Below, piece after piece: positions 51,347 to 60,440 of a DNA stretch of 64,000 bases (positions are counted from its first letter, which is position 1; every line of letters starts with the position of its first letter). Under the pieces are notes generated by a model that ran no database searches, had not been told where the DNA came from, and worked only from the letters and a program-made list of their open reading frames with translations. The stretch is from contig CAVGCV010000010.1 of assembly GCA_963627995.1 (NCBI GenBank), forward strand, positions 954 through 64,953, given 5' to 3'. The DNA is from a bacterium (lineage in GTDB: Bacteria; Bacteroidota; Bacteroidia; Bacteroidales; Bacteroidaceae). Made by a program: the position numbers and the translations under genes.

Positions 51347-52768
51347 ATGAAAAGACTTAGCTTGGTGTCAGTAGGCTTGCTCTTTGGGATGAATGTCATG
51401 GCGCAAACGAATGCCGACCCAATTATCATGCGTATCAACAACATTCCGGTTACTCGATCCGAGTTCGAATATTCCTACAATAAAAACAATTCTGACGGCG
51501 TGCTCGACAAAAAGGGCGTAAAGGACTATGTCCCGTTGTTCATTGACTTCAAACTCAAGGTGGAGGCCGCAAAAGATGCGGGTATAGACACTCTCTCGTC
51601 CATTCGCACCGAATTGTATGGCTATCGTGAGCAGATGGTGATTCCAACGGTTGTGGATAGTGGCTACATTGAGCGCGAGGCTCGCAAGACCTACGACGAC
51701 ACGGCCGCTCGCTTTGGCGGCGAGGATTTGCTGAATGCCTCCCATATTTTGGTGCTGTTGCGCCAGGACGCCGATGAGTCGGAGGAGGTGAAAGCAAAAG
51801 CACGCATCGATTCCATCTACAAGGTGCTGAAGGACGGTGCAGACTTTGCAGACGTGGCCAAAGCTTGCTCCGACGACAAAGGGTCGGCTGCGCGCGGTGG
51901 GTTGCTCGGGCAGTTTGGCAAGGGAATGATGATTCCTGATTTCGAAAAAGCCGCTTATGCGATGCAGTCTGGCGAGATGTCCGCTCCAGTTAAGACGACA
52001 GTGGGGTGGCACATCATCAAAATGAACGACCGGCATCCGTTTGAACCTTATGAATACCACCGTTCCAATATCATCAAGTTTCTTGAACAACGTGGCGTGC
52101 GGGATATGGCGGCCAATGCTTACATTGATTCCCTCGCACGGCAAGGTGGTGTAGAACGCCAGGCGGTGGTCGATAGCTTGTTCGGAGCACTCGTTGCGCG
52201 CGATGCGGAGTCGAAAAATCTTGCCCAAGAATATTATGACGGGACGCTCATGTATGAGATTTGTAAGGCGCAGATTTGGGATAAGGCCGCGAAAGATTCT
52301 GATGGCATGGCGGCCTATTTCAAGGCCAACCGTGCGAAGTACGCATGGACAGAGCCTCGTTATCGTGGAATTGTGATTCATGCTAAAGATGCCGCAGCCG
52401 TAAAACGGGCAAAGAAAGTCATCAAGGGGGTAAATGAAGACGAGTGGTCGAAGACTATTGTCGAGGCTCTCAATAATGATTCTGTTAAACTCGTCCGTGT
52501 GGAGCGTGGACTTTACAAAAAAGGCGAGAATAAAGCAATAGACAAATTTGTGTTCAAGACTGTTACAGCCTACGAAGGGATGAAAGACTATCCTGCTACG
52601 GCCGTTTGTGGCAAGAAGCTCAAACAGCCACAAACATACATGGATGTGCGCGGTCAGGTGGCCACGGATTATCAAACGGAGCAGGAAAAGCGTTGGGTGG
52701 AGACGCTCCGTCAGAAATATACGTACAGCGTGGACGACTCCGTACTGGAGACTGTCAATAATCATTGA
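51347..52768 (+). CDS. Periplasmic peptidyl-prolyl cis-trans isomerase (parvulin/PpiC-type, SurA/PpiD-like)
   Basis: ORF trimmed to MKRLSLVSVGLLFGMNVMAQ (ATG 51347). Parvulin block ASHILVLL...GGLLGQFGKGMMIPDFEKAAYAM..GEMSAPVKTTVGWHIIK. 473 aa. Confidence 0.88.
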   Translation: MKRLSLVSVGLLFGMNVMAQTNADPIIMRINNIPVTRSEFEYSYNKNNSDGVLDKKGVKDYVPLFIDFKLKVEAAKDAGIDTLSSIRTELYGYREQMVIPTVVDSGYIEREARKTYDDTAARFGGEDLLNASHILVLLRQDADESEEVKAKARIDSIYKVLKDGADFADVAKACSDDKGSAARGGLLGQFGKGMMIPDFEKAAYAMQSGEMSAPVKTTVGWHIIKMNDRHPFEPYEYHRSNIIKFLEQRGVRDMAANAYIDSLARQGGVERQAVVDSLFGALVARDAESKNLAQEYYDGTLMYEICKAQIWDKAAKDSDGMAAYFKANRAKYAWTEPRYRGIVIHAKDAAAVKRAKKVIKGVNEDEWSKTIVEALNNDSVKLVRVERGLYKKGENKAIDKFVFKTVTAYEGMKDYPATAVCGKKLKQPQTYMDVRGQVATDYQTEQEKRWVETLRQKYTYSVDDSVLETVNNH

Positions 52769-52775
52769 ATTTGAA

Positions 52776-54143
52776 ATGAAAATATTAAGAGGTCTTGCAC
52801 TTGTGTTGCTCATGCCCCTTTCGCTGGCTTGGGGATGGGCGCAGGATAATGTGATTGACGAGGTTATTTGGGTGGTGGGAGAAGAAGCCATTTTGAAATC
52901 CGACGTAGAGCAGGCGCGTATTGAGGCACAAGTGCAAAGACAACATTTGGCTGGTGATCCTTACTGCGTTATCCCTGAACAGCTGGCCATTCAAAAATTG
53001 TTTCTTCATCAGGCCGCCATCGATAGTATTGAGGTGACTGACAGTGAAGTACTGCAGAAAGTAGAGGAGCAGATGGACTACTATGTTCAAAAGATCGGCT
53101 CGAAAGAGAAAATGGAGGAGTATTTCGGACGAACGTCGTCGCAGATACGGGAACAGCTTTTCCAGCGTGTCAAGGAGGAAATGATTATCAGCGAGGTGCG
53201 CCTTAAGCTGGCGGGCGACTTGAAAGTGACACCAGCACAAGTGCGTCGCTACGTTAAGGAACTCCCCGAGGACAGCTTGCCTTTCATCCCAACTCAACTT
53301 GAGGTGCAGATTCTTGTGCGCAAACCAGTGGTCGCGCCGGCGGAGATAGAGCGTGTGAAGAACGAACTCCGTGACTACACCGAACGTGTGAATTCTGGCC
53401 AATCGCAGTTCTCGACGCTGGCACTGCTTCATTCCGAAAATCGCGAGACGGGAGCGCGTGGTGGAGAATGGGGCTTTACGGGACGGCGGCTGCTTACTCC
53501 CGAGTTTGCGTCTGTTGCGTTCAATCTCACCGACCCCAAGACCGTGTCGAAGATAGTGGAGGATGAGTATGGCTTCCACATCATACAACTGATTGAGAAA
53601 CGAGGCGATCGCGTGAATGTTCGTCACATTTTGCGCAAACCGCGTGTGAGCGATGCCGAACTCACCGCTTGCTTGAATCAGATGGATAGTATCCTTGCCT
53701 ACGTCACCGACAACAAGTGTACATTTGAAGAGGCTGTGACCAACACGTCTCAAGACCCCGATACCAGGGCCAACTATGGTATCATGGTGAATAAGAATGA
53801 GGAAAGCTCTCTCTATGGAACTCCGCGTTTTGAAATGAAAGATTTGCCGACGGAAGTTGCCCGGGCTGTGGCCAATCTTAAAACGGGGGAAACTTCCAAA
53901 GCCTTTGTCATGGTGGATAAGAACGGCAAAGAAGTGGTTGCAGTCGTTAAGTTGCGCAATCGTGTCAATGGGCATCGTGCGACCATGCGTGACGACTATC
54001 AGGCGTTGCAAAATGCTTTGCTCGATAAACTTGGAGAGGAAAAAACAGACGAATGGATACGCAAAATGCAGAAAACCACCTACATCCGTATCAATGAAGA
54101 CTGGAAAAACTGTGAATTCCGTTATCCTGGCTGGGTGAAGTAA
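52776..54143 (+). CDS. SurA-like periplasmic chaperone / parvulin-type PPIase
   Basis: ORF trimmed to MKILRGLALVLLMPLSLAWGWAQ (ATG 52776). SurA_N-like region followed by a parvulin block (VQILVRKP...GGEWGFTGRRLLTPEFASVAF...YGFHIIQLIEKR). 455 aa. Confidence 0.85.
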   Translation: MKILRGLALVLLMPLSLAWGWAQDNVIDEVIWVVGEEAILKSDVEQARIEAQVQRQHLAGDPYCVIPEQLAIQKLFLHQAAIDSIEVTDSEVLQKVEEQMDYYVQKIGSKEKMEEYFGRTSSQIREQLFQRVKEEMIISEVRLKLAGDLKVTPAQVRRYVKELPEDSLPFIPTQLEVQILVRKPVVAPAEIERVKNELRDYTERVNSGQSQFSTLALLHSENRETGARGGEWGFTGRRLLTPEFASVAFNLTDPKTVSKIVEDEYGFHIIQLIEKRGDRVNVRHILRKPRVSDAELTACLNQMDSILAYVTDNKCTFEEAVTNTSQDPDTRANYGIMVNKNEESSLYGTPRFEMKDLPTEVARAVANLKTGETSKAFVMVDKNGKEVVAVVKLRNRVNGHRATMRDDYQALQNALLDKLGEEKTDEWIRKMQKTTYIRINEDWKNCEFRYPGWVK

Positions 54144-54312
54144 TTGGATGTTTGTGTGGACGGGTGGCTCGTGGTGCAGGATTTGTGGTTTTTAGCATCA
54201 ATCCGTAATGTGTTCAGCGGCCTCGATGTGGCGATGTAGTGAAAAGACTTTCTTTTCACGGCGATTCTTGATTTTTCTTTTTGCGCGACCGTTGTGAACG
54301 GACAGGGATAAA

Positions 54313-55965
54313 ATGGAAAAAAATAAAAGAACGACGACAAGATGCAGTACGAGGCTGCTTTTCAGTCTCGCATTGCTTTTGTTTTCTGTGGCAGCCGTGG
54401 CTGTGATGCCGGATAAGCGTCCGCGTCGCTCTCCTACGGACAAGCGCATTCATCTTATCCACAGCGATGTACTCTATAAGAATTGGGAAGATCCACGCGC
54501 GGAGGTGCTGGTGGGCCATGTGCAGCTTAGCCACGAAGGCGTGTTCATGGACTGCGATAGCGCCAAATTCTATCGTGAGGATAATTCTTTCGACGCTTTT
54601 GGTAATGTGCGCATGATGCAAGGCGACACGCTGAAACTGTTTTGTGACACGCTCTATTACGATGGCTTCGAGATGCGGGCGCGCGCCCGGGGAAAAGTCG
54701 TCATGCATCACAAAAAGACACGCCTTGAAACTGAAAATCTTGACTACGACCGCGCTTATGGCGTGGGCATGTATATGGATGGCGGCACGCTCTACGACGC
54801 TGACAACGTGCTGGTGTCCGACTGGGGGCAATACACGCCGTCGGCGCACGAGGCGTTTTTTACTGACAATGTACATCTGACCAACCCCCGCTTTTCGCTT
54901 GTCTCAGATACCCTTTTTTATTATACGGACACGGAGCGGGCGCGCATCCTTTCGCCCACCAATATTACTTCGCACGACGGCACTTTCGTTTACGGCATTC
55001 GTGGCGACTACGACACGAAGTCGGGAAAGGCAAGTCTGATGGACCGCTCGTACATTATCAAGGACATGCGGCGCATCGAGGGGGACAGCCTCTACAGCGA
55101 CAAGGAAACAGGGGTGGACGAGGCTTTTGGCCATGTCGTCCTGACCGACGAGGAGAACGATTGCAAGCTGACGGGAAACTATTGCAAGTATTTCGAACAG
55201 ACGGGCGATGCCGTGGCGACGGACAGCGCGGTCGTCTATGAGTATTCGTCGGGCGACACGCTGTATGTGCACGCCGACACCCTGAAGATGTTTACGTTTA
55301 ACCTTGGCACGGACTCCGTGACGCGCAACCTCCATGCCTACCATCATGTGCGGATGTACCGCACCGATGTGCAGGGCGTGTGCGATTCTTTGGTCACCAT
55401 CCAGCACGACTCTTGCACCTACATGTATGGACAGCCCATTCTTTGGAACGACGAACAGCAGGTGTTCGGCGAGGAAATTCGCATCTACAACAATGATAGC
55501 ACCATCGACTGGATCCACATCATCAACCAGGCCATGACGGTGGAGCGGAAGGACTCCGTCTCCTTCAACCAGGTGGCGGCGCGTGAGATGTTCTGCTACT
55601 TTCGTGGCGGCGAGATAGAGCGGAACGAGGCGCATGGCAATGTCTATGTGGTTTATTTCATTGACGAGGACGATGGCTATCGCATCGGGATGAACTATAC
55701 GGAAACCACCGACATGAAGATGTACATGGCCAATCGGAAGGTGGAGCGAATATGGATGCCTACGTCGTCAGGCACGATGTTCCCCGACTTGAAAATACCC
55801 TCGGACAAACGCTACCTCGCTGGCTTCGCGTGGTTCGACTACATACGCCCCCGTGACAAGCACGACATCTACGAATGGCGGGCGAAGGACAGCAAGAATG
55901 TCCTGAAGAAGACAGCTCCGCGCACAGTCCCGTTGCAGAAGCTCGGCGATGTCGGGCGTGATTGA
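54313..55965 (+). CDS. OstA-like (LptA/LptD N-terminal-like) repeat protein
   Basis: 550 aa. N-terminal membrane anchor or signal. Repeated beta-jellyroll-like segments (IHLIHSDVLY...GHVQLSHEGVFMDCDSAKFYREDNSFDAFGNVRMMQGDT...). Sits next to SurA-like genes, consistent with an envelope-biogenesis context. Confidence 0.7.
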   Translation: MEKNKRTTTRCSTRLLFSLALLLFSVAAVAVMPDKRPRRSPTDKRIHLIHSDVLYKNWEDPRAEVLVGHVQLSHEGVFMDCDSAKFYREDNSFDAFGNVRMMQGDTLKLFCDTLYYDGFEMRARARGKVVMHHKKTRLETENLDYDRAYGVGMYMDGGTLYDADNVLVSDWGQYTPSAHEAFFTDNVHLTNPRFSLVSDTLFYYTDTERARILSPTNITSHDGTFVYGIRGDYDTKSGKASLMDRSYIIKDMRRIEGDSLYSDKETGVDEAFGHVVLTDEENDCKLTGNYCKYFEQTGDAVATDSAVVYEYSSGDTLYVHADTLKMFTFNLGTDSVTRNLHAYHHVRMYRTDVQGVCDSLVTIQHDSCTYMYGQPILWNDEQQVFGEEIRIYNNDSTIDWIHIINQAMTVERKDSVSFNQVAAREMFCYFRGGEIERNEAHGNVYVVYFIDEDDGYRIGMNYTETTDMKMYMANRKVERIWMPTSSGTMFPDLKIPSDKRYLAGFAWFDYIRPRDKHDIYEWRAKDSKNVLKKTAPRTVPLQKLGDVGRD

Positions 55966-56009
55966 GGCTGCCGACCCAATGTGTTGTCCGAACTTAAACC
56001 AAAGGAAAC

Positions 56010-56303
56010 ATGAGCTTGTTCAGAGTAAGAAAACCACGCGCATTCCACCACAACTACATCTATTACGACCCGCGCAAGGAGAAATTGCAAAAGATTAAGG
56101 AGGGGGCGGAGCGTGACCTTGGCATGCGTCCCCCGAAAGAATTTACCCCGGAGGATATTCGCGGGAAGTTCGTGAACGCCACGAGCCACCTGCGCCGTCG
56201 CAAGGAAAGCAAGCGGAAGCACCTTTCCAGTGGCGTGCTGATACTGATTATCGTGGGGCTCATCCTGTTGATGCGGTATCTTTACACGGGACGCGTGTTT
56301 TGA
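56010..56303 (+). CDS. Small basic tail-anchored membrane protein of unknown function
   Basis: 97 aa. Lys/Arg-rich N-terminal part and a single C-terminal TM helix (GVLILIIVGLILLMRYL). Packed between the OstA-like gene and mutL with 44- and 36-bp gaps. No antisense gene explains it. Confidence 0.6.
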   Translation: MSLFRVRKPRAFHHNYIYYDPRKEKLQKIKEGAERDLGMRPPKEFTPEDIRGKFVNATSHLRRRKESKRKHLSSGVLILIIVGLILLMRYLYTGRVF

Positions 56304-56339
56304 CACCGGGACATCGAGGACTGACAACTGTGCACGCTT

Positions 56340-58241
56340 ATGGACGACATCATACATCTTTTGCCCGACTCCGTCGCCAACCAAATTGCGGCGGGTGAAG
56401 TGGTTCAGCGCCCGGCCTCCATTGTGAAAGAAATGGTGGAGAACGCCATTGATGCGGGCGCGACCCGTGTGCAGGTGCTGGCGACCGACGGGGGGAAGAC
56501 GTGCGTCCAGGTTATCGACGACGGGAAGGGTATGTCGGAGACCGACGCACGCCTTTCTTTTGAGCGCCATGCGACATCGAAGATTTCTTCCGCTGCCGAT
56601 TTGTTCAGCCTGCACACCATGGGGTTCCGTGGCGAGGCGCTGGCTTCGATTGCCGCCGTTGCGCAGGTGGACTTGAAGACGCGCCGTGCGGTCGACGAAC
56701 TGGGGACGTACATCCAGGTTGCCGGATCGAAGGTGGAACGCCAAGAACCCATTGCGTGTCCCGTGGGAAGCAATTTCGCCGTAAAAAATCTGTTCTTCAA
56801 TGTTCCCGCTCGCAGGAAATTCTTAAAATCGAACCAAACGGAGATGTCGAACATCGTGTCGGAGTTCGAGCGCATCGCCTTGGTCTATCCCGACATCGCT
56901 TTCACCCTGTGCAACAATGGGACGGAAGTCTATCGGCTGGATGCGTCCTCTGCCCGCCAGCGGATTCTCGACGTGTTCGGCAGGAAGGTGAACACCGACT
57001 TGCTGTCGATAGGCGCGGAAACCTCCATTGTCAGAATCTCCGGCTATGTGGGCAAGCCCGAGTCGGCGCGGAAAAAAGGCTCTCACCAGTTCTTCTTTGT
57101 AAACGGGCGCTACATGAAGAACCCCTATTTCCATAGCGCGGTGATGCACGCATTCGACAACCTCGTGCCTGCGGGCGAGCACGTTTCCTACTTCATCTAC
57201 CTGACGGTGGAGGCATCGACCATCGATGTGAATGTCCATCCAACGAAGACGGAAATCAAGTTCGACAACGAGCGCGAGATATGGCAGATTCTGTCGGCCG
57301 TGGTCAAAGAGGCTTTGGGGAAGTACAGCAATGTGCCGGTCATCGATTTCGACGTGGCCGACCGCCCGGACATTCCCGCCATGGGGCAGGGCAATCCAGC
57401 CCCGAAGATGCCGCAAAGTACGGGCTTTTACAACCCTTTTGAGGCCGCAGGCCGAAAGAAAGACCCGTACCGCTCGGAATGGCAGCGGCTCTACTCCGGC
57501 TTGGAGACCTTCGAGCGGAAGCCGGATGCCGGAAAGGCTGTTCGCGGCAGCCTGTTGAACGCCGAGGAGGAAGTCGTGCTGGAGGGGCTTGTGCGCGCCC
57601 GGGGGGACGAGGCGCAGCCGACGCTGTGGAGCGACGCGGAGGCCGACGCCGTGAAGAACATGGACGCCGATGAAATCGCGCAGCTTCCGTGCTTCCAATA
57701 CAGGGGGCGCTTCCTTGTGCTGCCATCCCCGAACGGCTTGATGTTTGTCGACCAGCACCGGGCGCATGTGCGCATCCTGTACGAGGAGTATATGCAGCGC
57801 ATCACGACCCGCAGCAGGGTGTCACAACGGCTTCTCTTCCCGGAAGTCGTCCAGTTCTCCCAGAACGAGTGCTTGACGGTAGAGGCGGTCATGGACGAGC
57901 TGGAGAGCATCGGCTTTGAGCTGTCGAACCTTGGCGGCGGCTCCTACTCCGTCATGGGCGTCCCGTCGGGCATCGACGGCCTTAACCCCGAAAAGCTCCT
58001 TCACGACTTGGTGTATGTGGCGATGGAGCGAGGCACAAGCGTGAAGAGCGAGGTGGGGGAGTCCATTGCGCTGGCCATGGCGCAGTCGGCCGCAATCGTG
58101 TATGGCCAAGTGCTGACGGCCGACGAAAGCTCGCACTTGCTTTCCCAACTGTTCCGCCTGCCCACCCCGATGCGCACGCCCGACGGGAAAATCGTATTCA
58201 ACTTTGTGGAACATCGCGCCATTGAACACCTGTTCGGGTAG
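56340..58241 (+). CDS. mutL: DNA mismatch repair protein MutL
   Basis: 633 aa. LPDSVANQIAAGEVVQRPASIVKEMVENAIDAG, DDGKGM, HATSKI, GFRGEALASI (GHKL ATPase) and a C-terminal dimerisation domain. Confidence 0.97.
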   Translation: MDDIIHLLPDSVANQIAAGEVVQRPASIVKEMVENAIDAGATRVQVLATDGGKTCVQVIDDGKGMSETDARLSFERHATSKISSAADLFSLHTMGFRGEALASIAAVAQVDLKTRRAVDELGTYIQVAGSKVERQEPIACPVGSNFAVKNLFFNVPARRKFLKSNQTEMSNIVSEFERIALVYPDIAFTLCNNGTEVYRLDASSARQRILDVFGRKVNTDLLSIGAETSIVRISGYVGKPESARKKGSHQFFFVNGRYMKNPYFHSAVMHAFDNLVPAGEHVSYFIYLTVEASTIDVNVHPTKTEIKFDNEREIWQILSAVVKEALGKYSNVPVIDFDVADRPDIPAMGQGNPAPKMPQSTGFYNPFEAAGRKKDPYRSEWQRLYSGLETFERKPDAGKAVRGSLLNAEEEVVLEGLVRARGDEAQPTLWSDAEADAVKNMDADEIAQLPCFQYRGRFLVLPSPNGLMFVDQHRAHVRILYEEYMQRITTRSRVSQRLLFPEVVQFSQNECLTVEAVMDELESIGFELSNLGGGSYSVMGVPSGIDGLNPEKLLHDLVYVAMERGTSVKSEVGESIALAMAQSAAIVYGQVLTADESSHLLSQLFRLPTPMRTPDGKIVFNFVEHRAIEHLFG

Positions 58242-58294
58242 GATGCTTCCAAGCCTTTTCTAAAGTTTTTATAATCAACCTCTTGCGTGTTCTT

Positions 58295-58406
58295 AAAAAA
58301 ACACTGCGGAGGGGGCCGGAAAACGTCTGCGGAGAAAATAATTTTTGTCCGCGGACGAAATGTATTTTGTCCGCGGAGCGCGGGACTTTTCTCTGCGGAG
58401 TTTTTT
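58295..58406 (+). repeat. Copy 5 of the five-module CTGCGGAG element (all five modules direct, F-F-F-F-F)
   Basis: AAAAAAACACTGCGGAG (58295-58311). Cores TCTGCGGAG 58326, TCCGCGGAC 58348, TCCGCGGAG 58370, TCTGCGGAG 58392, exactly 22 bp apart, followed by T6. Confidence 0.9.
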
Positions 58407-58617
58407 ACGGCATTTTTGCGCGCTGCAAGTACTTGATTTCCAGTAGGGCCTGTCGTTGCAAGGAAGAACGGCCCGCTCGCCCCCGCTATGGGGCATTGCG
58501 TGCGCTTTTCCGTTTGTTCTTCACGGGAAATCGGCATCTGGCTCTTTTAACGCTACTTAAATGTTAAAAAAACGTTTTTTTTGAGCGGAACGTTGTGCGG
58601 CATTAAAGAATAAATAG

Positions 58618-58625
58618 TATTTTTG
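58618..58625 (+). promoter_or_regulatory. -7 promoter box TATTTTTG for ompA (long leader)
   Basis: Exact TAnnTTTG match 163 bp upstream of the ATG at 58788. Confidence 0.4.
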
Positions 58626-58787
58626 CACAAAAGTTGGAGCGGATTATGTCCTTTTGTCCGTAAAGAGGGAAGATGTTAGAGTGTTCTTTTACTCTTGTGA
58701 TGTGGGGCTAATCTCACGGAGATTTGAGACGAAATGCTTGGCTTGAAAGATAACTAAAATATTTGTTGTTTTATTAAAAAAGTATTT

Positions 58788-59981
58788 ATGAAAAAGTTAA
58801 TGGTTGCGCTGGCTATTGCTGGCCTTGGCACTGCAGCTGCAAATGCTCAGTCCACGTCGATCGAAACTCCTTCTAAGTACACCGTTGCAACAAACTCGTT
58901 CTGGAGCAACTGGTATGTACAGGTTGGTGTTGACATGGCACTTCAGAACCCTTATGGCGCAAAAGACTGGTCCGACAACGTGTTCCCTAACGGTAAGTCG
59001 TTCGGCGTTGACGTTGCTTTGGGCAAGTGGTTCACACCTGGTCTCGGGCTCCGCGGCAAGCTGCTGTGGGAGAACGGCATCATTGAGAACAAGCACCAGA
59101 ACTACAGCGGCAACTACGGCGGCCGTACCGGCAACTCCCAGTGGACTCCCGAGTACGACGACGGTGGCTACGCTGCTCTCTATGGCGACGTGATGTTCAA
59201 CCTCAGCAACATGTTCTGCGGTTACAGCGAGACTCGCGTTTGGAACTTCATCCCCTACCTCCGTGCCGGTGTCCTCCGCAGCTTCCAGTACAGCCAGTAC
59301 ACTCCGGCTCTCGGCGGCGGTATCGAGAACACTTGGCGTCTGTCCAAGCATGTCAACGTCTACCTTGACCTTGCTTACACGACAACGACAGCTCGTTTCG
59401 TTGGCTACCACGCAGCTCCCGACCACGACCACGCTACAAACCATGGCATCGTGACCGCAGACCTCGGTGTGCAGTTCAACCTTGGCAAGAGCACGTTCGA
59501 CAAGGCCGTTTCTCTCAGCGCATACAACGCACTTGCAGCCCAGAGCGAAGAGGCTCTTGCTAAGCTCCGTGCAGAGCTCGACCGCGAGCGCGCTATCAAC
59601 GCCGACCTCCGCGCTCAGCTTGCCAAGAAGCCCACGTCCACTGTCCAGACCGAGAAGATTGTTGCAAGCTCGGCTACTTCCGTATTCTTCGACCTCAACT
59701 CCACGAAGATCAACTCTCAGAAGGATCTCGTGAACCTCGACGCTGTTGCCAAGGTTGCCAAGGATTCTGGCGCTAAGGTTGTCGTTACGGGTTCTGCCGA
59801 CAGCAAGACGGGTTCTTCCGCTTGGAACCAGAAGCTGTCTGAAGGCCGTGCGCAGGCCGCTGTTAATGCGCTCGTTGAGCGTGGCGTAAGCCGTGACAAG
59901 ATTGAGGTGAAGGCCGTTGGTGGCATCAACGAGGTAAGCCCGTATCCCCTCAACCGCCGTGCCGTTATCGAGCTGAAGTAA
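58788..59981 (+). CDS. ompA: OmpA-family outer-membrane protein (beta-barrel, coiled-coil linker, OmpA_C peptidoglycan-binding domain)
   Basis: 397 aa. Signal peptide MKKLMVALAIAGLGTAAANAQ. Coiled-coil EEALAKLRAELDRERAINADLRAQLAKK. C-terminal VVVTGSADSKTGSSAWNQKLSEGRAQAAVNALVERGVS...NRRAVIEL. Confidence 0.92.
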   Translation: MKKLMVALAIAGLGTAAANAQSTSIETPSKYTVATNSFWSNWYVQVGVDMALQNPYGAKDWSDNVFPNGKSFGVDVALGKWFTPGLGLRGKLLWENGIIENKHQNYSGNYGGRTGNSQWTPEYDDGGYAALYGDVMFNLSNMFCGYSETRVWNFIPYLRAGVLRSFQYSQYTPALGGGIENTWRLSKHVNVYLDLAYTTTTARFVGYHAAPDHDHATNHGIVTADLGVQFNLGKSTFDKAVSLSAYNALAAQSEEALAKLRAELDRERAINADLRAQLAKKPTSTVQTEKIVASSATSVFFDLNSTKINSQKDLVNLDAVAKVAKDSGAKVVVTGSADSKTGSSAWNQKLSEGRAQAAVNALVERGVSRDKIEVKAVGGINEVSPYPLNRRAVIELK

Positions 59982-60006
59982 TCTCTGCTGCCAGAGTTGG
60001 CAAGTC

Positions 60007-60040
60007 AAGGGGTGTTGCCACAACGGCGACACCCCTTTTT
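60007..60040 (+). terminator. Rho-independent terminator after ompA
   Basis: AGGGGTGTTGCC / GGCGACACCCCT stem (one G-U pair), 5-nt loop, T5 tract, 26 bp after the stop. Confidence 0.8.
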
Positions 60041-60110
60041 GCTGCGCGCGGCCGGCGGATGACGCTGGCGAAAAACCGACCGGTTTGTTTGCCTGTTGGG
60101 AAAAAAGCCG

Positions 60111-60118
60111 TACCTTTG
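60111..60118 (+). promoter_or_regulatory. -7 promoter box TACCTTTG for the tRNA-Pro/tRNA-Val unit
   Basis: Exact TAnnTTTG match 59 bp upstream of tRNA-Pro. Confidence 0.45.
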
Positions 60119-60176
60119 CATGGCTTTTGGAGGAGGGCGCGCGGCCCGCTTCCTTAGGGCCAAGACAAACGGGAGA

Positions 60177-60249
60177 CGGGGTATAGCGCAGTTGGTAGCG
60201 TTCCTGGTTTGGGACCAGGCGGTCGCGTGTTCGAGTCACGCTGCCCCGA
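60177..60249 (+). tRNA. tRNA-Pro (anticodon TGG), CCA not encoded
   Basis: Hand-folded: acceptor CGGGGTA/TGCCCCG, D stem GCGC/GCGT, anticodon stem CCTGG/CCAGG with loop TTTGGGA, T stem GCGTG/CACGC with loop TTCGAGT, discriminator A. 73 nt. Confidence 0.9.
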
Positions 60250-60263
60250 CAGATGAAAGACGG

Positions 60264-60338
60264 GGGCGTTTAGCTCAGCTGGTTCAGAGCGTCTGCCTTA
60301 CAAGCAGAGGGTCGGCGGTTCGAATCCGTCAACGCCCA
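60264..60338 (+). tRNA. tRNA-Val (anticodon TAC), CCA not encoded
   Basis: Hand-folded: acceptor GGGCGTT/AACGCCC, D stem GCTC/GAGC, anticodon stem TCTGC/GCAGA with loop CTTACAA, T stem GGCGG/CCGTC with loop TTCGAAT, discriminator A. 75 nt. Confidence 0.9.
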
Positions 60339-60440
60339 CATTCGAGAGGAATAGCCCCCAAGAGGGTTCGTTCCTCTTTTCTTGTTGATGGGCCAAGTCT
60401 TTGGCTTGTGAAACCGGCAATGCCGGCACTTTGGACCGAT

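Noticed and set aside
54455-54463. Perfect DnaA-box consensus TTATCCACA, considered as an oriC hint given the nearby parAB
   Set aside because: It is a single occurrence inside the OstA-like coding sequence. About 0.5 such matches are expected by chance in 64 kb on two strands, and there is no cluster or AT-rich unwinding element.
58295-58406. Possibility that the 22-bp-phased repeats are a miniature CRISPR array
   Set aside because: The cores are only 9 bp and the 'spacers' only 13 bp. The spacers are A/T palindromes that recur between copies, the cores appear in both orientations, and no cas genes are in the window.
58295-58406. Possibility that the five direct 22-bp units are plasmid-type iterons or a replication origin
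   Set aside because: The architecture resembles iterons, but the same element occurs five times in 64 kb of chromosomal context. No rep gene or DnaA-box cluster is adjacent.
60096-60440. 5' part of the 228-aa ORF 60096..60782
   Set aside because: It reads straight through tRNA-Pro and tRNA-Val. Only the last 113 codons, from the ATG at 60441, match SUI1/YciH.
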